Of a stretch of DNA of 64,000 nt, positions 53,524-64,000 are shown one piece after another. This stretch comes from Euglena gracilis (lineage: Eukaryota): the NCBI GenBank assembly GCA_039621445.1, contig CP154954.1, forward strand, positions 16,572,140 to 16,636,139. The letters run 5' to 3'. A program made the translations under genes and the position numbers. The number at the start of each line of letters is the position of its first letter. Position 1 is the stretch's first letter. A model generated the notes under the pieces. That model did not search any database and had not been told where the DNA came from. It saw nothing but the letters and a program-made list of their open reading frames with translations.

Positions 53524-53618
53524 CGCCCATTGCGGCGGGCAGCAGTCCAGCACCCCAGGGTGTGTCGGCTCTGGGGAGGGGAGGGAGCTGGCAGTCCTGT
53601 CCTCCGAAGGCAGCAAGG
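53524..53618 (-). CDS. Putative exon, paralog copy 2
   Basis: Peptide similarity and synonymous changes versus 1-118. Confidence 0.5.
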
Positions 53619-54868
53619 CTGCTAACCCCCAACGCACAGAAATGTTCCAGGAATGTGCGTTGACACAGGGGGGGGTTGTCAAGGGCACTTGTGTCAGACA
53701 AGGGGACGGTCCTTAGGGATGGGCCAGTCGAGAGCTCTTGGAATTTTCGGGAAAGGCTTTCACCACACCGATTCTGGGTTCCCTGGTACCGCGGTGAACT
53801 TGAAACAAAATCAAAGTCCATTTTGAGCAAGAATGGCTTTGGGGAGGGTGCAAGTGGTTCGGACGCTCTTGTCTGAACGGCGGCAAGAATGCTTTCATAT
53901 TCTATGCTTTCCAGGGGAACGCGGTTCCTACCACAGAAATATTTCACAGGATTTTCTCTGTACAACAGGTTTTTGCGACTCTTAAATTGTGAACTTGTGA
54001 TACCCACCACACAATTTTTTACCGACCCCCGGGGGGGAGGGGGGGTCACTCCACTTTTTTAAAAACCAGTCAGCCACTCTCTTTCGGAAAACCAGCCAGT
54101 CACTATCTATGACTGTCTATCTATGACTGCTGACTGTGTGCTGAATACTCTTGTCTGTGTACTGCAGACCGTATGAACGTGCTCTGCTTCACACTCCCAG
54201 GGATGAGGTTTGAAAAAGCAGGGGGAGGGTTGGACCGTCCCTGCGTTAACAAGAGAGCCCGAAGCCATATTCTCTGTGTTTTTGAACTCCCCACTGGAGA
54301 TCCAGGACAAATGTGCAATACCTACTGGCATCCCAACTCCAGGTTTAGGGTTAGGGTTTTGGGTTATTGGTTCGGGATGGGGTCAGTGTCAGGGTTAGGA
54401 AGGTTAGGGTTAGGATTCATCCCGTTAAGACTAAAATTCGACAAAAATTAGGCCTAATTCAGCTAAATTTAGAGCCAATTTGGCCAAATTTAGCGTTGGC
54501 CCTCTTCTGAACAACAAATGCAACTCTAACCCCTATTCCTAAAATGACAGAGATTTCGATAAGACATCGAAACCCCCCGTCCGTTTGCGGAAAGTGGACA
54601 GTACCAAAGGAATCCAGACAAGCACGCCAAAGTCCTCGGAGGAACTAAATCGTCGTGACGGAGCCGCGGCAGACTGTCCGTGGCTGGTGTGGCGCCAAAG
54701 CCCTGGTTGTCTCTGAAATGTTTGAGGGACGGCAGCGGAGGAGAGGGTTTCGGTGTGAATAGATGGCTTGTTTTTTTTTCCACCCGGGGTCAGTGGAAAT
54801 GGATTCCCTCATTTTTTTTCGGCCCCGTTTTTCAACCCCTGGGGCGGGGGTGGCCTGAGGGTTTGCCT

Positions 54869-55213
54869 TTCTCTTCTGAATGGTTGTAACTGGGGGAACT
54901 CCTTGGGGGGAGCTCCTTTCGACCCAAGTGTTAGTGCTTGTGGGGAAGTGTGATGTCAGACTGTGTTGCGGTTTCGCCACACTGGCAGGTGGGGTATCAT
55001 CAGGGTCGATGACCCTGCAACCGTCGTCCCTGATCGCTCTTGTCTGTGGTGCTGACCGTTATCTACGCGCTCTGCTTCACCCTCCTGGGGATGGGAGAGG
55101 GGGGAGGGCTGAAAAAATGAGCTTAAAAAAAAAGCAACCCAGGGCAGAAAAATGGCTCCACAACCTAGGACACCCTCCGGGACACCACCCTTTTGGGAAG
55201 GCTAGCCAAGGCC
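54869..55213 (-). mobile_element. Decayed second copy of the hammerhead-bearing element (ribozyme remnant 54968-55037)
   Basis: Homologous to 25712-26091; retains CUGAUGA and GAAA, but its helices carry mismatches. Confidence 0.75.
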
Positions 55214-55383
55214 GTTGCAGTCGCAAAAATTTTGCAATTCAGGCCAACTCCAGAAGAAAAAATGATCTCTAGCATCGTTGGGGCATTGCGGCCCGTCGGC
55301 AAAATAATGGCCACAAGAAAGGGGTATATGGCCATTTTTGGCTGTTTTTGGCCTCTTTTTCGTAATTTCAACCACTTTGGCGG

Positions 55384-55866
55384 CTATGGACTTAAGCTGG
55401 GGGTGGGGAGATTGGTAGTCAACCGATTCAGAAAAGCCAAGTCCACATGCAAGTTGCACCCCCTGGGGCTCGGACCATGTAAACTTCGAGTTAGCCTGCT
55501 GATATCGGGCCCCCCAAGGTCCAGAATGGAGGAAAGGACTGAAAGCCGTAGGGGGAGTTGGGGAAACGACGAGGGGGAAGAGGTCCTCTTTGTTTGGATC
55601 GGTCGGGACTTGGGTGTAGTGCTGGGCACCACGCTGCCCTCTGAAAGACACAGAATCCAACTCCCTGCCAACAAAAAGCCGTCTTTCGTCCCTAAGCGGG
55701 TGGCCAACGCACGAGTGTGGGGGGTCCAGAAACCCCCTTTGGTTTCATGGAGGGGACACCCACACCAACGAAACAACGGTGCGATCATTCGGACCCGGCG
55801 TGCAGCCCTGGTCTGAAACATAAAAAGACATACCTGAATTTCTGTGCAAAAAGCAGTTTCAGGCAA
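55384..55866 (-). CDS. Putative exon(s), paralog copy 2 (…VVPSTTPKSRPIQT…SFPQLPLRLSVLSS…)
   Basis: 160-codon open frame; homologous to 290-454 and 907-980. Confidence 0.4.
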   Translation of the reverse strand: MPETAFCTEIQVCLFMFQTRAARRVRMIAPLFRWCGCPLHETKGGFWTPHTRALATRLGTKDGFLLAGSWILCLSEGSVVPSTTPKSRPIQTKRTSSPSSFPQLPLRLSVLSSILDLGGPDISRLTRSLHGPSPRGCNLHVDLAFLNRLTTNLPTPSLSP

Positions 55867-55917
55867 GCACCGAAAGTGTTGTAGAAGAGGGGGGGGGACG
55901 CTTGCTTCTCCGCAGCC

Positions 55918-56537
55918 CAGGGCAGAACGGGAAGGCCTGGTGGGGGGGGGGCGACCCCCCCACCCACCACAGCATTTTCACCGATTTCAGGAAAACGGGG
56001 ATTGACCGGAAAAATCTTTGAAATTTTTTTGAAAAATGAACCCAAAACACATGATTTTTTGATGGAAAACCACATTTTTTTCACAAAAAAAATCTCAAAA
56101 TTTTCAGGGTTAAAAATTGGTAGTTTTTAGGAGGAGGGTGAAAAAAACGAAGGTCAAAAAAAGTGGACAAATTTTTGGCACAATCAAATTTTACTGACAT
56201 TTTTTCTCGTTGAAATTTTTTGGGCTTTCGAAGGCATTTTTTGCTTCAAAAACCTCTCAAAATCAACATATTTGAGAAAATGTTGAATTTTTGGAAGGTG
56301 TGAAAAAATGGGGTTTTGGGGGGTTTTGGGGGGGACCCCCTATATGGGTCCAACACTGGGTCAACAAAACGCCCGGCGCCGGAAAATCTTTTTCGGGTCC
56401 AAAAACTGGTGCTCCCGGAAATACGGGAAGAGGTGGGGGGGAACGACGCCCCCCCACCCATGCAGGGGGTTGGGGGGGGTGGTCGACCCCCCCCCACCCA
56501 CCACCCTGGCTGTTCGGCCGATTCCCGTTCTGCCCTG
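55918..56537. mobile_element. hAT-type MITE, perfect 8-bp TSD ccgcagcc
   Basis: Perfect 16-bp TIR cagggcagaacgggaa / ttcccgttctgccctg; TSD at 55910-55917 and 56538-56545. Confidence 0.9.
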
Positions 56538-58313
56538 CCGCAGCCCCTCACTTTGGCTGCAGTCAGAGAACCAACCCATTTTGGTTCAGAATCAGCCTGC
56601 CAGCCAAAGCACCTTTGTCATTAAGTCAGTTGCAATGAGTCTTGAGGGGTCCAGACGGAGCACCACAGGCACAAGGACCAGGAACACCTGTGGACGATTT
56701 TGCATTCAGAAGAACCCCAAAAAGAAACAAACAGCACAAGGTGTGGCTGAAAAGCTGACTTTTCTCAGTTTGGAGCACTGCATAAAATCTCAAAATCTCC
56801 AAATTGAATCAGTGGTGCAGCTTTTCAGCACTACCCTTTCTTTTGGAAGCGCCTCAAAAAGTGGCAAAATGGGCACCAGCTGACAACTTTTCTCATTTTT
56901 GAATGCTAAACTTACTAAAAAAAAGGAAACACTCCCAAAATCCCTTTTCCCATTTTGCATTTTTTCACAAAAAAAAAAATTTTCTGCACGGTTTGTGGCC
57001 CAATGACTTGGCTTGAAATTTCTTTGAATGCGGCAAAATTCAAATCCACCTTTCTTTTCGACAATTTTTCTCAAAAAACAAAAAGTTGACCCTCAAAAAT
57101 CCCCAATGGGAAAAATTTCAAGATTTTTTCTTTTCTGATTTTTGAATCTTTTGGAATTTTTTTGGACCAAAAATTGTCCCATTTTAGTGATTTGGTTCCA
57201 TTTTTTCAAACATTAATTTCCCCCCACCCCCCACAGTTGCCCCCCATGACCTTGGTATTTGAATCGCTTCCATAGCCTAATTTTCCACTGGGTTGCCCGC
57301 GCTTGCCGCCAGCAGCCCCACACCAACTCCAAGCAAGATGGAGACCAGTGCGTCCCCCACTGGGGGGGGGGGGTCCCGCTCAAGAGGATGGAAAAGGTTC
57401 ATACAGGCCGCTGGATCAACCCCCGGAAATAAGGTCTCCTGGTTGAAACGTGGCCCGACTTGGGCTCGAACTGGACACCTCAAAAAAAAAAAAAAAAGGC
57501 CTGGAAATCAGCAATTACACAAAAAATCGATTTTGATTCAAATTCTGAAGGAGGCAGTCAATTTTTTACCCATTTTACCCTTTTTTTCACCCATGCGTGC
57601 ACCTTCGAAGGCAAAATACATTGCAGTCCAGCTGGCGTTCGGAGGGGCTGGACAAGAATTAAAATTCTCTTCATGATGGGGCCAAGGGGGGGGGTCGCGA
57701 GGCTGGAACCCGCTTTGGTGCCAAAACCATGCAGCAGTTGCTCTGCAAACATCATAACAAAACCAGCAACCCCCCCCCTATGCGCTTGGTCAACATTGGA
57801 TACAAGACTGGGTGTGGGGGCAAATTTGTGGGGCTCCCTCAAATGAAAAGAACAAAGGCCAGACGCCAGGAAGGGATAAAAAAAAGAAGGAAAAGAAAAA
57901 AACCATTTTCCATTTTTATTTGCCTTCCATCGCCAACAACTGAGCGCATAATGAGGACCTTCTGGAGAACTCTGAGGCACAACTTACAACCCCCCCCCTC
58001 CCCTGCACAGACGTCCCTCTTTTGGGCCGACAGAAATCCATACAGGTCCAATAACCAACCAAAGGACGATTCAGGCGGAATTCGGGTGGGGGAGAAAATT
58101 CCAGATGTGGGAATCCCAGAAAAATCAAAATGAAACCTTCCCGATTTTGGTTTTTTGGGTTTTTTTTTTGCCCTCACGCCCGGAATGCTCAAATACTCCA
58201 ACGGATACGTAAGGGACAACAATTGGAACAGTTGGATGGAAGGGACAACGTTGGAACAGGGGATATTTGTTAGGGAATTTTGCTCAAAAAGATGGAATTT
58301 TTGCACAGAAAAC

Positions 58314-58595
58314 TGGTGGGAGGCGGTTGAGATGAAAAGTCATGGTTTGGGTAGTACCATAATCATGTGGCCTGGGGGCGGTTCGGGCAGCTTCGGAGCC
58401 CCGCAGCTGCAGCCACAGGTCGGACTTGCCGGGGAGATGCTGCATGAGGCTGAACGGCGCGGCCATATGGTTTGGGGGGGGCCGGTGGCGGAGGCTAGCC
58501 GGAGAACCCTGTCAGGGGAAGAGCAAGGGTGGTTAGGCCTGAGATCTCTGTTCTCCAGGGGAACCAACGGGCTGGCACCCCGTGCCCCCTTTTTG
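58314..58595 (-). CDS. Putative exon, paralog copy 2 (MAAPFSLMQHLPGKSDLWLQLRGSEAARTAPRPH)
   Basis: Matches 2095-2360; one frameshift in the G-run near 58474-58482 (sequencing error or pseudogenisation). Confidence 0.6.
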
Positions 58596-60794
58596 CTAGC
58601 GGAAAGAAATGTTACCAAACCCAAACCCAAACCCTCAACGAAAGAAGAGAATTCAAAAAATGCACGAACAAGACAGGGACCGCCGCACCTCCTCGGGTCA
58701 TACAACCATCAATCAATCCAGAAGCCTTCCCAAAAAGCCGGCAGCCATTGTGCAGAAAACCGTTTCTTCGAATGTCCTTCGGACACCTCTTGTAAAATCT
58801 GCGCATTGATCCATATCGCACCCAGGGATTCCACCGGCCCGATAGTTTGGCTTCTCTGTGTACAGTAAGGGAACTAAATTTGCGGTTGGGTAACCAACTG
58901 ACCCCCCAGTGGAACCCAGCCTCAGCAAGGCGGGGAGGTGTTGAATGCCACATGCACAGCTAAGCGGGTTGACGAAGTATAAGCTCCCAATAAAATCCTC
59001 CCTGGGGGTCTTGAAATCCCGTCCATGAGGTTTTTAATAGGTTTTTGGCTGATTTTGTTCCAAAAACTCCCAAAAGAAATTTTCGGCGCTTCGCGCCGGT
59101 CACTGGAAAAAAATTCACTAGCTAGCCCTGCTAGCAGACCCCCCCCGGGGGGTCTGCTAGAAATCCCACTAGCCAAATTTGGACTAGCTGCAGTCCAGCC
59201 CCCCCCCGGGGGGGGTACTGCAATCCCTTAAGCAAATGCCTGCTTGGGACATGAATTTTTTTTGCTCAAATCGTCCAAAAAAATCTTGGCACTTCCTGAC
59301 AAAATCTCGTCAATGGGAAAAGCATTTTGAATCCAAGCGCTGGAAGAAACAGTTTGACCTTTTTGGGATGTGGTCCGGGATGTTCCCCATTGGACCCTCT
59401 CCCGGTAGACCTCCCCCCGGCCCACCAGTCGATATTTCTTCCTGTTAGAGCACCAACACCTCTCAAAACAAATGGGGAATCTCGTGCCGACACATCACAT
59501 CGGTGCATGGGTGCAGCACCCCTTGCACCTGTGTTGTCTGTGCGCTGGATGGTATTCAGGTAATGAATTCTTAATATCCGAATTAAAAATGATACATCAA
59601 AGTTAAGAAGCATTTGATGTTTGGAGTCTGATTCATCACCAGGGTGGATGAACGCAACATGGCTTTTGGAAAAAGCGACCTAAAACATCCAATAACATAC
59701 TTGGGAGAAGCACCCACCTCAGCTGCCTGGAACCTGGTGCTTCCGGGGGTGCCTCCCAGACCTTCTCCTGGAAACTAGAAAAGCAGTATTCCTTCTTTGT
59801 TGTAGAGCAAACCTTGGATCACTCCAAATTCAGAAACGGGGGAGGGGGGGCTCAACACAGACATACCGTCCAAAGGCCACCAGGGAGGCTAAGCTGACTA
59901 ATTACCATCAATCAGTGGCATTCCATCGATCGTTCCTTTCGTGGGTAGTTTAATCAACCTTACCGTGTAAACATCCACAAAAACGACGTGAAAAACTATC
60001 GAAAAAAACAATGCATTTGGGGGGTGTTTCCTGTCTTGTGCCGCTTGTGCGATGCTCATCGGCATGGGGGTCATACTTGGTCACCAAACAAAGCCCGTAG
60101 GTGGTTTATATTAGGGGGTTCATTTGGGGGGAGGGTGACACCAAACCTAAACCCTACCATAAACGTCTTACTAACTGGGTGAACCCATTCCACACCACCC
60201 TCCGACCCCCCCCGTCCTGACACGCCAAAATATGGGGAAAGTGCGGTTGACACGGGGGGGGGGGGGGTGTCATGGACACGCCATGTCATGTGCACTGAAC
60301 CACAAAGAAAATGACATTTTGGGAATGGGAAAAGTGCAGTTGATACGGGGTGTGTTAGCTGGCAAGAAACAAATCAGGGCTTTGCGTTTTGGATTTAAGC
60401 CTGGCAACAGTCAGCCCATTTTGCAACTCATGAATCTGTGAAATGAATGCAAATGCGGAAAAGAAGCTGAAGCTCGCCCTTTCTCTGAGAATATAGAAAA
60501 CCAAATTGTTTATTGGTCAATAATTTTAATCTTAACATCTATCCGGATACCTCTGTTTGAATCATCGAACAACACCATTGCCTGGGCACTGTTGGCTGGT
60601 ACCACCCCATACGCGTGATGGGCACGGCACAGCACACAACACAGAACAACAGCAGAGCATAACACAACAATGGAAGCCCGCCATACACCACAGCTCCAGG
60701 TGTGGCATCGCTGGGGTGCAGTGCAATGGAACACAATGCGCAGCGCAAGACGGGAGTGACTCGGTATGGGCAGGCGGGGGGGGGGAGGTATTGC

Positions 60795-61090
<296 letters not shown>

Positions 61091-64000
61091 ATATTGGGCA
61101 GCAACGTGCTTTTCTTCTCCACCAGTTTGGCGTAATGTTGTAGTGAGGTCCCCCCCCCCTTCACTGCAATGTTAGAACAGGTTCTCCATCCACGACATTG
61201 GGGATGCTGACATGGGATTCTGACGGAGTGTGGCACTCCGTGAAACCCATTCACCCTCTGCACGGTGCGTCGGTGGATTCAATAAAACCATGCCAAATAA
61301 AATTAATGGTTTGAGACATGTGCTATTTTAACCGACACATGTGGTGTGGCTTCTGCATGCAAGGGCGTTCCTTTAGGACCCAATGGGGGTCCAGCTCAGA
61401 GGCTGGAGAGCTTGGGCTGGTTGGAAAAAGGCTGTTGGCTTACCCCCTTGGGGGTGCCAGGGCTGGAGCTAAGCCTGACCCGCGATCGAAACGGGTATCA
61501 CAAAATTGAAAGCGCAAAAATGTCCAAAAAAAAAACTGCCAATTATGCAAAAAAAAATCGATTTTTCGACCCCAAATTTGCCCTGACGATCCCTTTTGCG
61601 ACCCATTTCCCCCATTTTTGACCCATTTTGGCCCATTTTTGGACCCCCAAAAGCGAAAATCTGTTACTGACCAGCCACTTTTCAGGCGGCTGGAAAAAAA
61701 AAACTCGCTCTTGTCAAAGATTTTGTAATCTAACAACAGATAAAGTGCACAAGGTATGCAGCAGGGCGTTGCTTAAGAAAATTTGACCAGAATTTGGTTA
61801 AAATTGGTTGCTTTCTGCAAAGAAGCAAACGACCAGAGTACAGTGTTGGGCGGCATTCCTTCAAAACCCCTCAAAGTTGCAGTAAATACATTTTGATACC
61901 ATGCAATAAATCAATTTTCACCAAGATGGTGGAAAATAACAAAAATTCAAAAAATAGAAGAAAAATGAATAAATGAATAAATCCGATGATTCAAAAACAC
62001 CATAAAACGGCCACAGCTTCAAATTTGAGATACGTGAGACGAGTCCCTTTAAGTCCCGAGCTTTGCTAACAAAAAGGCCAAAGCCATAACTCGTCCAGGG
62101 CACTTGATATGTTACAAATTTCGGGTCCCACACACAAATAGCTCAAAAACCTTAAGAAATGGCTCAATCTGCAACGACAAGTCTGCATGAAATCCCGGTA
62201 AATTAACATGGACATTCACAGGTCCTTGACCCTGTGAATGCCCGAATAACCTACGGGGGGGGGCAAAGAAAAAAATGATCGTTTTGGTAACCTGGCACAC
62301 CGCCAGGTTTTTTGGTGGGGGTTTGGAGGGGGGGGGGTGCCCTCTCCATTGTACTGGCCATTGTTCAATGCTGTCCGAGTGGCTTTTCGGGGCACAGCGA
62401 ATCACCACAGATCAGTGAAGGCCAGCTGCAAAAGGTGGAAATTTTCAGACCGTCGCAAAAGGTTTGGACTCATCATTGTAATTTTCTGTCGCAGTCACCC
62501 CTTGATGAGAAAAAAAAATAATAATAATAAATGCGTGATGGATTTGGTGCCCCAGGATGTGGAGTTCCCTGAGGGTAAAACAAGGTTCATCCCCAATGGC
62601 TCCCAGGCGAACAGACCCGGTTCAAATATGTCACTTTTTGATATTAGATGAGTGGGGAAGAACCGCCTTGGCTTTGGAACAGGCAGCCACAATAACAAAA
62701 AAAGCAGGGCAGGGAAGCGGCAAATGCATATAACGAACCTCTTCCAGCACATCATTCTCAATACTAAAATGCAACCAAGGAGGGACAACACACGAAGATG
62801 GAATTGTTTGCCTCCTCCTTTGTTTGTTGAATACCAGAGGGGGGGGTGGTGAATCCTACCCAGTTTGCACCCCTTGTTGACTGAATACCTCGGGCCTGGT
62901 GGGAGTTAGGGGCCAACCAGAAGTGGTTCAGAAAGCCGGGATCCAGTCGCTCGCGATTGGGAAAAAATTTTGGGAACGGGGCAGGGGTCATGGTGATAAT
63001 CTGAAGTTTTCATTCCCATTGAAGAAAGGCCATCGCTCATCCACCCAAAAAGTCAAAAAATGCGGTTTTTTTATTTCATAATATTTCATTTTCAACCCTG
63101 TTCAACGCCCAGACCGGCCATTGGCAGTTCCTTAGTCCTAAGGCGGTCCATAATGGGGCAGTCTTTAAAAAAAATACACTGCCCCATTGACCGACCTGCC
63201 CTTGGGGGAAAAGCACATGGACCCAATGGACCAATGCATCACCTGTCCCGAGACGTGTACATCTGGAGGGAGGGGGCAGCCATCAGGCACCAGGTTTTCG
63301 GCGCATGATGCATGATGCATCGCCAGGTTCCAAGTGGTGGGCAAATGGGAGATCACGTAAAATAAAAGGAGAAATATGAAAAATCCAGATATTATGTGAA
63401 AAGGGGAACTCTGGGTGTCTTTTTGAGCTTGAAGAATTTCCCCAATAATACACCCCCCCGACTCAAGTACCCACCCTGGGCCCAAGTTTTGGATACCTGT
63501 ATAATAAAACACCACCAGGTATACCATTTGGGGGAGGGGTTTCATTGGGCGAGGGTCGCACCAGTAGGGCCTTGGTAGGTTTGTTGTACCAAGCATAATT
63601 TTAAAATATGCTTTTTTTCAGAGGGAATTTGATGAGTTTCCGCTTTGCTTGATTTCTATCAAGGAGTGTGGCTGGGGGTACATTATTTGGGCAGCTGAAA
63701 TCGCAGGCCAGGGGCGGGGTATATTATTTGGGGGGAAGTTTGTGAGGGTGTTTTGAAGGCTGCCGATCGATCATCTTCCCTCCATGTCTGTTGGATTTTT
63801 GGACGCACCTGCCATCAAGGGTCTCCATCCACCATGCCACCACAGTGTCCCCCAAGAGCTTGGGTTTCGGAGAGGGTCAGCGTTACAGTTGGTGTTTCGA
63901 ATTGAGGGTGAGGATTAGGGTTTAGGGCTGACGTCGGCGTTATTTCAGACAACTTCAGGTCTGAATTTGGACCTAATTTGGCCGATTCTTAAGACCAAAA

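Noticed and set aside
61150-61265. Possible paralog of the 7300-7480 exon (NGFH…VDGE)
   Set aside because: The two short matches are in different frames; too weak.

Overview
A gene-poor, repeat-saturated eukaryotic nuclear window. Its long homopolymers, degenerate TTAGGG runs, ~46-48 nt GT/GC-AG introns and many CAG...CTG inverted-repeat inserts suggest a euglenid-like protist, but this is inference only. It holds decayed mobile elements: a Penelope-like reverse transcriptase, a Ty3/gypsy RT fragment, an intron-containing Tc1-like (D37E-spaced) transposase and a hAT zinc-finger remnant. It also holds about ten hAT-type non-autonomous elements, most with 8-bp target-site duplications, several TA-TSD MITEs and many microsatellites. 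A direct segmental duplication (21.7-31.1 kb vs 36.6-49.5 kb) exposes filled and empty insertion sites. Two diverged copies of an unknown minus-strand gene lie ~53-56 kb apart. The two most notable signals are: (1) a non-coding element inserted in a (CT)n tract that carries a complete type III hammerhead ribozyme with a predicted 10-bp loop1-loop2 kissing helix, plus a decayed second copy; and (2) CAG...CTG/8-bp-TSD hAT MITEs in exon-like DNA whose geometry matches euglenid nonconventional introns. All alignments were done by eye; no database searches were run.
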